A DNA stretch of 64,000 nucleotides from an uncultured Collinsella sp. (GTDB lineage Bacteria; Actinomycetota; Coriobacteriia; Coriobacteriales; Coriobacteriaceae): positions 12,651 through 76,650 of the forward strand of contig CABUTR010000003.1 of NCBI GenBank assembly GCA_902494555.1. Direction: 5' to 3'. Every line of letters begins with the position of its first letter. Position 1 is the stretch's first letter. This document shows, piece by piece, positions 52,750 to 61,559 of the stretch. Below the pieces are notes generated by a model, which saw only the letters and a program-made list of their open reading frames with translations, had not been told where the DNA came from and ran no database searches. A program made the position numbers and the translations under genes.

Positions 52750-55503
52750 ATGAACATCCCCGAGACACAGAAAGACCTGCTTGCCTACCTCGATCGCATC
52801 ACGCGCGAGCTTGGCAGCACGCGGGGCGGGCGCATCCAGAACCGTCTCGACCACTTCACCACGGCATCTATAACCGACTCGCTCGCCATCTCGCGCAGCC
52901 TGGCAAGTCAGTATCTCAACGAGCTCGTGCGCGCTGGCCTCGTGGTGAAAGCAGGGGCACGACCGGTGTGCTACTTCCACCGCCGCTCCCTCGAACGCTT
53001 CTTCCAGTCTCGCATTGAGCGTAGCACCTACCCTTCGGTCGAGCAGCTCTTCGCCACGCTCGGAAACGGCGAGCGACTCGACTTCGACCGCGCAATCGGT
53101 CACGAGCTGAGCCTTGCGCCCTGCATCAGCCAGCTCTGCGCCGCGCTCAAGTACCCGCCAGCTGGCCTGCCCATCCTGCTCTGTGGCGCCTCGGGAACCG
53201 GCAAGGGTCTACTCGCCGAACTTGCCCTCGAATACGGCAAGAACGTCGGCGTCCTGCAGCAGGAAGCCAAGCTTGTGAGCATCGACTGCTCGCATTACGC
53301 AGACGATGCCCGCGCGCTCACTCACGACCTGTGCGCAGATGGCGGGCCTGCAGATCGGGCGAGCGGCGGCATCGTTTATCTCAAGGACGTCGACGCCCTC
53401 TCACCCGCTGCCCAGGACGCGCTCTTGGAGTGGGCCTCCGCACAGGCGGGCGCCATTGTGCCAGCCCCTGCTGTGCGCCTTATCTTTGCCACCTCAAACG
53501 AGGCAGACAGTACCGAGTGCCGCAGCCTCACGCGTCGCATCCCCATGTCCGCCCAGGTGCCGTCTCTGCGCGAGCGCACCCAGGAGGAGCGTGAGGAACT
53601 GACTCTCCACTTCCTCAAGGAGGAGGGCCGACGCATAGGACGCGACATCCTCATAAGTCGCGGAGCCTTCCGAGCCCTCGCCGGCACCAACTTCGAGGAG
53701 AACGTACGCGGCCTGCGCGACTGCATCACCAACTGTTGCGCCGAGGCCTATCTAGACACGAAGGGTGACAGCCTGGAGATTCGCACCTACCAGCTTCCCT
53801 CCGCAATCCTTGCCGGCTCCGCACTCGAGCGCAGCGAGAACGACATGCAGCTCATCGACACCACCCGGAGCATCCAAAGCCAGGCGGACGACCGCGCGCG
53901 GCATGTACTCGACGCCATGCTGGAGCCATACGAGAGCTATCGCGAAGGCACGCTTGATGGGGGCGCGTGCAGCGCTCAGCTGGTGGAGCGAGCCCGCGAC
54001 CTCGAGGACTACCTGGCGTTCGGGCAAAACCCGGGCCGCTCGAAGTCCGACGCATACGAGCAGATCGCCGACAGCGTCGTCACTTCCGTGAACGAACTCT
54101 ACTCGATCGATTTGTCCCGAAAGAGCTCGCATCTAATCGCCCAGGGCATCTGCCTCCAGCTGTGGCCGCCCGCAAGCCTCTCGCGTTGGAAGAGCTCCCA
54201 TGCAAGCGAGCTTTCCGGCATGCGCGGCGTCGTGGCCCAGCGCAACCGCTTTGCCGTTACTGTCTGCGCCTGCATCGCTGATGAACTCAAGGCCACGCTC
54301 GGCATCGCACTCGACGATCTCACGTGTCTGCTCGTCCTTGCGCATGCGGCACTCGCACTCGACCCGTCTAAGCGTCGTCGGAGCGTCGGTATCGTCCTCA
54401 GTCATGGCTACTCGACCGCCACGAGCATCGCCGACGCCGCCAATCGGATTCTTGACACGAGGGTCTTCGAGGCCATCGACATGCCCTACGACCAGAAGGT
54501 TACGGACGTCGCTGTTCCTCTTCAGCAAATCATCGACCGCTTCTCCTACGCAGACGAGGTCGTCATCCTCGTGGACATGGGATCGCTCCAGGATATTTAT
54601 AAGAGTCTGGAATCCACCTCCGGCATGACGCTCGGCATCATCAACAACGCCTCTACCGGCCTTGCGGTGGAGGTTGGCGCCGGACTTATCGCGGGTCGCT
54701 CCGTGCGAGAGGTTCTCGACGATGCTGCGGCAGCTTGCACCTGTAATTATCACATCGTGGCGCGCAACGCCCGACCGGACGCGATTGTCTTCTGCTCCGA
54801 AGGCGGACTTGACGCAGCTGCGCGGATCCGCGATCTCGTGGCGCAGAGCCTGCCTGGCGAGTCCCCCGCGCGGCTTGTCGCCGTTGACTGGCGGCAGCTC
54901 GCCAATAACGGATCTGAGGATGCCGCCTTCTCCCAGTACAACGTGCGCTCGGTCATCGGCACGGACAATCCGCACGCCGACGGAGTCCCGTTCATTTCGC
55001 TCGAGGAACTCATCGCCGGCGAAGGAACGGCCCAGATAGACCGCGCCTTCGCACGCTTGCTCGACGCTGACAGCTTGCGCACGTTCCACCAGAATCTCGT
55101 CAAGAACATGACCCTCAGGAACGTGGTCGAGTCCATCACAATCCTTAACCCCAACAAGCTCTTCGGCGAAATCGAGAGTGCCGCAGAGCGGCTCCAGCAG
55201 CTCACCGGAGACGTGATTGGCGCTCGTGTGAGCATGGGGCTCTACGTGCACCTGTGTTGTCTCGTGGAGCGCCTCGTGACCAGAAGCCCCATCGAGAACT
55301 ACGCAGACGAGCAGCGCTTCGCCAATGAACACAACGATTTCGTCGAGGCATTCCGCACGAGCTTCTCTGACATTTCCGCCCATTACCACGTGGAGGTCCC
55401 CGTCACGGAGATCGCCTACGCATACGACTACATCAATTCCCGGCATGCCCCGCGCAGGCAGGCCACGCCGAACGATGGGCCCGCGGCTCAGCAGGACGAG
55501 TGA
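52750..55503 (+). CDS. LevR/DgaR-like PTS-regulated transcription regulator (HTH-AAA-PRD-EIIA-PRD)
   Basis: SRSLASQYLNEL HTH, GASGTGK Walker A, SHGYSTATSIA and DMGSL EIIA-Man, GLYVHLCC PRD; AGGAGG RBS. Confidence 0.9.
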   Translation: MNIPETQKDLLAYLDRITRELGSTRGGRIQNRLDHFTTASITDSLAISRSLASQYLNELVRAGLVVKAGARPVCYFHRRSLERFFQSRIERSTYPSVEQLFATLGNGERLDFDRAIGHELSLAPCISQLCAALKYPPAGLPILLCGASGTGKGLLAELALEYGKNVGVLQQEAKLVSIDCSHYADDARALTHDLCADGGPADRASGGIVYLKDVDALSPAAQDALLEWASAQAGAIVPAPAVRLIFATSNEADSTECRSLTRRIPMSAQVPSLRERTQEEREELTLHFLKEEGRRIGRDILISRGAFRALAGTNFEENVRGLRDCITNCCAEAYLDTKGDSLEIRTYQLPSAILAGSALERSENDMQLIDTTRSIQSQADDRARHVLDAMLEPYESYREGTLDGGACSAQLVERARDLEDYLAFGQNPGRSKSDAYEQIADSVVTSVNELYSIDLSRKSSHLIAQGICLQLWPPASLSRWKSSHASELSGMRGVVAQRNRFAVTVCACIADELKATLGIALDDLTCLLVLAHAALALDPSKRRRSVGIVLSHGYSTATSIADAANRILDTRVFEAIDMPYDQKVTDVAVPLQQIIDRFSYADEVVILVDMGSLQDIYKSLESTSGMTLGIINNASTGLAVEVGAGLIAGRSVREVLDDAAAACTCNYHIVARNARPDAIVFCSEGGLDAAARIRDLVAQSLPGESPARLVAVDWRQLANNGSEDAAFSQYNVRSVIGTDNPHADGVPFISLEELIAGEGTAQIDRAFARLLDADSLRTFHQNLVKNMTLRNVVESITILNPNKLFGEIESAAERLQQLTGDVIGARVSMGLYVHLCCLVERLVTRSPIENYADEQRFANEHNDFVEAFRTSFSDISAHYHVEVPVTEIAYAYDYINSRHAPRRQATPNDGPAAQQDE

Positions 55504-55757
55504 CGCGCCTCGCAAGCAAAGGAAGGAAGCCAACATCACACGAGCATCATCGATCGCTGCGTGCAAGGCGGCGGGCCTCACCGTGTTCGCCAAGCGCGAG
55601 GAGCGTTTTGGTTTTTCGCAAGCAAATGCGGACGAAATCAGCGACCAGATTCCCGATCCGCTCAAACATGCAGGGCCCCTATGTGTTTAACCTCATTTTT
55701 CCGTGTGCGGTAGAATGGAGTCGTTGAGATCGCGAACGCCTTAAAGGGAGAGTTTTT

Positions 55758-56492
55758 GTGGATGCGCATCTGGATGGGGGCTCTTCCGCCCCGCTGTATC
55801 AACAGGTGCTCGATTTGCTTAAGAGCGATATCGAACAGGGGACATATCCCGTTGACTCGCAGATTCCAACGGAACTTGAGCTTTCTAAGATGTACGGCGT
55901 GGGAAGGGTCACGGTTCGCCGCGCAATAGAGGAGCTTGTGGGCGAGGGGTATCTCACCAAGCGGCAGGGGCGTGGTACGTTTGTGACCGCGACAAAGATA
56001 ATTCGCAAGGTGCATCAGAAGGACGATGTTCAGAGTTTTACCCAAGCATGCGCTGAAAACGGCATGAAGGCGGGCGCTCGCGTCGTTGCCCGCAAGACCG
56101 TTGCCGCCGATCGCGACCTCGCTTCTTTCTTTGGCTTGGATGAAGGCTCTGACCTCATCTTGGTCTCACGCGTGCGTACCGCAGACGGCGTGCCGGTCCT
56201 GTTCGAGAACAACTACTATCCTGTCGATGGATTCGAATTTCTCAAAGATATCGGTCTCTCCAATTGTTCGATATTCGAGGCCGTGGGGGAGCGTACGGGT
56301 AGGTATCCCTGCTCGTCCGATCCCTGCAGGCTGGAGATCGCCCGTGCGGGAATTGATGCCGCCCGCGAGCTCAAGGTCCCAGTAGGGGAGCCGCTGTTCT
56401 TCATGAACGCGGGCTTTCTCGATTCCAACGGAGAGCGCTTCTGCTATGGCAGACAGTACTACGTGGGTTCGCGCTACAGCTTCGATATCTAG
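55758..56492 (+). CDS. frlR: GntR/HutC-family regulator (FrlR-like)
   Basis: PLYQQ, IPTELEL, RVTVRRAI, QGRGTFV, UTRA domain; adjacent to frl genes. Confidence 0.85.
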   Translation: MDAHLDGGSSAPLYQQVLDLLKSDIEQGTYPVDSQIPTELELSKMYGVGRVTVRRAIEELVGEGYLTKRQGRGTFVTATKIIRKVHQKDDVQSFTQACAENGMKAGARVVARKTVAADRDLASFFGLDEGSDLILVSRVRTADGVPVLFENNYYPVDGFEFLKDIGLSNCSIFEAVGERTGRYPCSSDPCRLEIARAGIDAARELKVPVGEPLFFMNAGFLDSNGERFCYGRQYYVGSRYSFDI

Positions 56493-56564
56493 CGGCTCTG
56501 TCTCACACAGCGCTGTTCTCGTATTGCCGCGGCAGGTCCGTTTAGCGCGTAAAAGTTACCACTT

Positions 56565-56635
56565 ATAGAACAACCTAATATGTTTCTTGACCGACGCCTT
56601 CATGCAGGTTATACATAGAACAACCTAAGATGTTT
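56565..56635 (+). promoter_or_regulatory. Two 21-bp direct repeats flanking a promoter (putative FrlR operators)
   Basis: ATAGAACAACCTAA(T/G)ATGTTT at 56565 and 56615, with TTGACC at 56587 between them. Confidence 0.75.
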
Positions 56636-56689
56636 GCCTATACGTGAAGGATTTTTGGCAAGCATCGTTGCTCTGGCAGGAGGTTAAGA

Positions 56690-58153
56690 ATGTCGGATGC
56701 CAAACAGGAGAAGCCCAAGCGCAGATTCCATCTCCAGCTTCCCCATGTGTACACCATCGCGTTCATGCTGATCGTGTTCTTCGCGGTGCTCACATGGATC
56801 GTCCCATCGGGTCAGTTCGACCGCCAGACCATTCAGACGGCCGCGGGCGAGCGAGAAGTCGCCGTAGCCGGAACGTACCAAGAGGTCGACAAGGTCTACA
56901 CCGATTCGGAGACGGGGGAGACCGTCGATCTGCGACAGGGCATCGATGCCGTCCTGCAGGCTCCCGCCAAGGGCATTCAGGCTGCGGCCGATGTCGTCGC
57001 GTTCGTCCTGCTGATCGGCGGATCGTTCGCCATCGTCACCAAGACCAACGCCCTAAACGCCGGCATGAGCCGCGTGATTAAGAAGCTGAAGAACAAGGAC
57101 ATCTTGATCATCCCCATCTCCATGATCCTGCTCTCGATCTGCGGCACCACGTTCGGCATGTCCGAGGAGGCGCTGCCGTTCTACGCGATCTTCATCCCCA
57201 TCATGCTGAGCATCGGGTATGACTCCATGACCGCGTTCATCATCTGCTTCCTCGGCCCCAACCTTGGTTACTGCGCATCCACTATTGATCCTTTCAACGT
57301 GCTGATCGCCCAGGGCGTTATCGGCATCGAGGGAAATCCCCAGCTTTGGCTCCGCGCCATCCTGTGGGTCATCTTCACCGCCGCGGGCATTTTCTGGGCC
57401 ATGCGCTACGCGCGCCGCGTCAAGCTCGATCCCAAGTCCTCCATCACCTATGAGGACGATAAGCAGAAGCGCATCGAGTTCTCTGTCACCGATGCCTCTA
57501 TCGAAGAGGAGTTCACGCTTCGCCACAAGCTCGTCCTCATTGATTTCGCGGTCGGCATGGGCGTTATCGTGTGGGGCCTCGTTACCCAGGGCTGGTATAT
57601 GGACGAGATCTCCATGGTGTTCCTGGCCATGGGCCTTCTTGCCGGCATACTCGGCGGCCTGGACGAGAAGACCATTGCGGAGGAGTTCGTCCGCGGAATC
57701 GCCGACTTCGCCTACGCAGCCTGCATCATCGGCATCGCCCGCGGCATCCTGGTCGTCGCAGAGGGCGGAATGATCATCGACTCTATTCTTAACTGGCTCG
57801 TCGGACTCCTTGCGGGCGCTCCGTCCTTCATCTATACCACCTTCATGTACATCGTCCTCGGCCTGCTTTCGCTGCTGGTTCCTTCCAGCTCCGGCCTCGC
57901 TGCACTCACCATGCCCGTCATGGGCCCGCTGACCGAGCTTATGGGCCTCAATCCCGAGGCTGCCGTCACCGCTCTGCAGTTCGCGAACCAGACCGTCAAC
58001 ACCATCAGCCCCGTTGCGGGCATGACCGTCGCGGGTCTTGCCGTGGCGAAGATCTCCTTCGGGCAATGGTGGAAGACCATCTGGAAGTTCTTTATCTTCA
58101 TGGTTCTGTTCGGATTGGTCGCGACTGTGATCTCCGGCCTACTGCCGATGTAG
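56690..58153 (+). CDS. YfcC/DcuC-family transporter, candidate fructosamine permease
   Basis: LPHVYTI, TWIVPSGQF, GTTFGMSEE, PSSSGLAALTMP. Confidence 0.88.
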   Translation: MSDAKQEKPKRRFHLQLPHVYTIAFMLIVFFAVLTWIVPSGQFDRQTIQTAAGEREVAVAGTYQEVDKVYTDSETGETVDLRQGIDAVLQAPAKGIQAAADVVAFVLLIGGSFAIVTKTNALNAGMSRVIKKLKNKDILIIPISMILLSICGTTFGMSEEALPFYAIFIPIMLSIGYDSMTAFIICFLGPNLGYCASTIDPFNVLIAQGVIGIEGNPQLWLRAILWVIFTAAGIFWAMRYARRVKLDPKSSITYEDDKQKRIEFSVTDASIEEEFTLRHKLVLIDFAVGMGVIVWGLVTQGWYMDEISMVFLAMGLLAGILGGLDEKTIAEEFVRGIADFAYAACIIGIARGILVVAEGGMIIDSILNWLVGLLAGAPSFIYTTFMYIVLGLLSLLVPSSSGLAALTMPVMGPLTELMGLNPEAAVTALQFANQTVNTISPVAGMTVAGLAVAKISFGQWWKTIWKFFIFMVLFGLVATVISGLLPM

Positions 58154-58165
58154 GAGGTGCCCAGC

Positions 58166-59023
58166 ATGGATTTAAGCGCTTCCACACCCCGTCTGCGTCG
58201 CGAGCAGGTCGCCGGCATGAACATTCACTACATCATGTGGTCGCTCGATTACTTCCTTGATGCTCAGCAGCGCCTTGGCTTCAAAACCATCGAGCTTTGG
58301 GCGGCCGAGCCGCACGTGACGCTGGACCACACGGGGTATTTCGAGGCCGACGAGCTTCGCCGCAAGATCGAGTCCCGCGGACTCTCCGTGAGCTCCCTGT
58401 GTCCGGAGAACGTGGTGTATCCGTGGCAGTACGCTGCCAGAAAGCCCCTCCACGCGCAGCGGAGCCTCGCTTACTTTAAGCACGGCATCGAGCTCGCCGA
58501 GGTGCTCGGCGCCCCGTATATGTCCATCAACTCCGGTTGGGGCGATTGGGACGAGGACCGCGAGGAGGCTTGGAAGCGCTCTGCCGAGCACTTGGCGATT
58601 CTTGCGGACTATGCCGGCGAGCACGGCGTGACCCTCTGCATGGAGAGCCTGAGGCCGGAAGAGAGCAACTTGGTGGTTACACTCGCGGACGCCAGGCGCA
58701 TGCTTGACCAAGTAGCCAGCCCGCACCTTACTCCAATGGTGGACACTACCGCTATGGGAGTCGCCGGCGAGAGCCTTGAAGAGTGGTTTGCCGAGTTTGG
58801 CGATGGTGCCATAAGGAACATGCGCTTCATTGATGGCGACCCATATGGCCATCTGGTTTGGGGCGATGGAAAGCACAGTATGGACGATTTCGTACGCGTC
58901 CTCAACGCGCATGGGTTCGAGGGCTATCTTGGCCAGGAGATCACCGATGGAAGGTATTTCGATGATCCCGCAGCAGCGGACCGGCACAACATGGACGCCT
59001 TCGAGAGGTATTTTGTCGACTAG
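58166..59023 (+). CDS. frlC: Sugar isomerase/epimerase TIM barrel, fructoselysine 3-epimerase-like
   Basis: IELWAAEPH, LCMESLR, MVDT, GHLVWGDG, YLGQEI; context. Confidence 0.78.
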   Translation: MDLSASTPRLRREQVAGMNIHYIMWSLDYFLDAQQRLGFKTIELWAAEPHVTLDHTGYFEADELRRKIESRGLSVSSLCPENVVYPWQYAARKPLHAQRSLAYFKHGIELAEVLGAPYMSINSGWGDWDEDREEAWKRSAEHLAILADYAGEHGVTLCMESLRPEESNLVVTLADARRMLDQVASPHLTPMVDTTAMGVAGESLEEWFAEFGDGAIRNMRFIDGDPYGHLVWGDGKHSMDDFVRVLNAHGFEGYLGQEITDGRYFDDPAAADRHNMDAFERYFVD

Positions 59024-59123
59024 CGCGTAGCTCCCATTCGCGTGGGGAAGTCAACACGCTTGACGAGAAGACTCGCAGTAAACGTTGGCGGATTCGTCCG
59101 CCGTATCGAAAGGAAGAATAACA

Positions 59124-60092
59124 ATGAACGCACATGATCTTATCGCCGACGCAATCGCTGAAAAGGGCGGTTTCGATAGCGTCTTCTGGGTTGCCTGCGG
59201 CGGCTCCCTCATCGACCTGCTGCCCGCCCACGAGCTGCTCAAGCGCGAGGCGACTACGTTTGCCAGCGAGGCGTATACCGCCCGCGAGTTCGATATCATG
59301 CGTCCCAAGCGCCTGGGCGAAAAGTCCCTTGTCATCGCTTGCAGCCACTCCGGCAACACCCCCGAGGTAATCGACGCGTGCTCGATCGCCAAGGCGGCGG
59401 GCGCGACCGTTATCGTGCAGACGGACAACGCGGGTTCCGGCATCGATAACGGTGAGTGGACGTGCTGGGTATATCCGTGGGGCGAGGGAGTTCCGCAGGC
59501 GGAGGTGCCCGCCGGCATCTCTTTGGCTCTCGCTTCCGAGCTCCTGGATCAGCAGGAAGGTTATGCCGACCTTGCCGACATGTACGAAGGCATCGCCAAG
59601 ATGGACCAGATCCTGCCTGCAGCTCGCGAGAAGGTCAACGCCGAACTCTGCGACCGTTTTGCCGCCCTGTGCCAGGACCACAAGTTCCTGTATATCTTGG
59701 GGTCCGGTCCCGTGTTTAGCCAGGCCTATGGCTTCGCTATCTGCTCGCTTATGGAGATGCAGTGGCAGAGCTGCGCCTATATCCACTCCGGCGAGTACTT
59801 CCACGGCCCCTTCGAGGTGACCGAGCCCGGAGTCTTCTACTTCCTGCAGATGTCTTCTAGTGAGTGCCGAGCCATGGATGAGCGCGCCCTCGCATTCCTC
59901 GAGACCCATACCGACACTCTTATGGTGCTCGACGCCATGGAGTACGGCATGGACCAAGTACCGGCGAGCGTTCGCGCGTTCCTTGATCCAATCCTGTTCT
60001 ACACGATGAACTGTGAGCTGCGCTCCGCTCGCGGCAAGGTGTTCGACCATCACCCGGACGTGCGTCGTTACATGGGCATCGAGAAGTACTAG
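59124..60092 (+). CDS. frlB: Fructoselysine-6-phosphate deglycase (SIS domain)
   Basis: VACGGS, SHSGNTPE, ICSLMEMQW, SGEYFHGPFE, RRYMG. Confidence 0.92.
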   Translation: MNAHDLIADAIAEKGGFDSVFWVACGGSLIDLLPAHELLKREATTFASEAYTAREFDIMRPKRLGEKSLVIACSHSGNTPEVIDACSIAKAAGATVIVQTDNAGSGIDNGEWTCWVYPWGEGVPQAEVPAGISLALASELLDQQEGYADLADMYEGIAKMDQILPAAREKVNAELCDRFAALCQDHKFLYILGSGPVFSQAYGFAICSLMEMQWQSCAYIHSGEYFHGPFEVTEPGVFYFLQMSSSECRAMDERALAFLETHTDTLMVLDAMEYGMDQVPASVRAFLDPILFYTMNCELRSARGKVFDHHPDVRRYMGIEKY

Positions 60093-60191
60093 CGATTTTA
60101 AAACGGGGTGCGAGGCGCGTTGAGACGTGCGAATCCCTCGCGCCCCGTCTGCTCGCCGTAACCACGGCGGTTTACCTGAATGGAGATAACC

Positions 60192-61064
60192 ATGGCAGCC
60201 TATCCTATAAGCGTGCTTGGCTTTGGAGACAACGTTGTCGATAAGTACGAGCACATCAAGACCATGTATCCCGGCGGCAATGCAGTTAACTTCGCCGTCT
60301 TCGCCAAGAAGCTCGGCGTCGATCGCAGCGCCTACATGGGAATCTTCGGATCAGATGAGGAGGCCGAGCACGTTATAGCATCGCTCGAGGACGAGGGCGT
60401 CGAGCTTCTTCGCTGCCAGCAGGTCCTGGGCGTCAACGGCGCCGCTCGCGTGACCGTTGACGAGACCGGGGACCGTATCTTCCTGGGCTCCAATGAAGGC
60501 GGCATACGTGGCGACATGCGCTACGTGATAGACCGCTTCGCCGCCGAGTACGTCAGCGGCTTCGATTTGGTGCACAGCGGCAACTACTGCTTCACCGAGC
60601 GCGAGCTCCCCAAGATCAAGGCTGCCGGCGTGCCTATCAGCTTCGACTTCTCCGATGACTCCACCGACGAGTACTTCGGGCAGATTGCGCCATTTGTGAC
60701 GTACGCCTTTATGTCCATGGGCGACGCTTCCCTGGAGGATATCAAGGCGAAGCTCGAGTGGGTGAAGGCCCTTGGCCCTCAAATCGTATGCGCATCGCGC
60801 GGGAGCAAGGGCTCCGTCGCCTATGACGGCGAAAACTTCTACGAGCAGGGCATCAAGCCCGTGGCGCCCGAGGAGCTCAAAGACGCTATGGCGGCCGGCG
60901 ATTCACTGCTGACGGCGTTTTTGGTCACCTATCTTTCCAAGAAGAAGGCCGGCGAGTGCGGCGAGGCCGCGATTCGCGAGAGCTTGGACTTCGCTGCCGG
61001 TTTTGCGGCGGAGACCTGCAAGATCGAGGGCAGTTGGGGCCACCCGCTGGTCTACGAGAACTAG
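60192..61064 (+). CDS. frlD: Fructoselysine 6-kinase (PfkB family)
   Basis: GDNVVDKY...YPGGNAVNFAV, SFDFS, DAMAAGDS. Confidence 0.9.
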   Translation: MAAYPISVLGFGDNVVDKYEHIKTMYPGGNAVNFAVFAKKLGVDRSAYMGIFGSDEEAEHVIASLEDEGVELLRCQQVLGVNGAARVTVDETGDRIFLGSNEGGIRGDMRYVIDRFAAEYVSGFDLVHSGNYCFTERELPKIKAAGVPISFDFSDDSTDEYFGQIAPFVTYAFMSMGDASLEDIKAKLEWVKALGPQIVCASRGSKGSVAYDGENFYEQGIKPVAPEELKDAMAAGDSLLTAFLVTYLSKKKAGECGEAAIRESLDFAAGFAAETCKIEGSWGHPLVYEN

Positions 61065-61313
61065 TTTTTTGTCGTGGCGGGGTGTCTTGGGGCGCCCCGC
61101 ATTGCGTTAGGAGTCAAGATGTCCGTTCGTGCCTGCGCGGCAGGATTTTGCTGCGCCGATGTCTACCAGAATCTGGATCCCCTGGGTTGCATCCAAGGGG
61201 GGCCTCTCAGGAGCGCTTCGAGGGGTGCTTCTTGAGTATATGAAGGCAAAAGGGATATGCAATCTTCATATACGGCCTTCTTTTAGAGGGCGTTGTCCTT
61301 ACTCTTTCATCTC

Positions 61314-61344
61314 CTTGCCTATGGACATTTTGTCCATAGGCAAG
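61314..61344. repeat. Perfect 14-bp inverted repeat in an AT-rich spacer
   Basis: CTTGCCTATGGACA-TTT-TGTCCATAGGCAAG. Confidence 0.8.
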
Positions 61345-61472
61345 AGTCCATGGTCGAGATCATGGTGAAGTTCTGCGGCCAGTAATTACTGCATTACATA
61401 TTCTGTTGTCACCTGGGAGGCTCGCTTTTGCGGGCCTCTTTGCGTTGCTAAGGGGCCATGGTCTGTCGATAA

Positions 61473-61508
61473 ATAAAGCGCCCGCTTGCGGGGGAGCAAG
61501 CGGGCGCC
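61473..61508 (-). terminator. Intrinsic terminator after pknB
   Basis: GCGCCCGCTTGC...GCAAGCGGGCGC with minus-strand TTTATT tail. Confidence 0.7.
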
Positions 61509-61559
61509 TGTGAGCGAATATGTTTGCGGCGAAAGCCGCGATAAGCGGTGGGGTGGCGA

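Noticed and set aside
55553..55690. Coding-like fragment IAACKAAGLTVFAKREERFGFSQANADEI after the IIB stub
   Set aside because: No start or RBS and unassignable; at most deletion debris
61410..61419. CACCTGGGAG as a degenerate attR matching the tRNA end CACCAGGGAA
   Set aside because: Only 8 of 10 matches; expected by chance, and no integrase supports it
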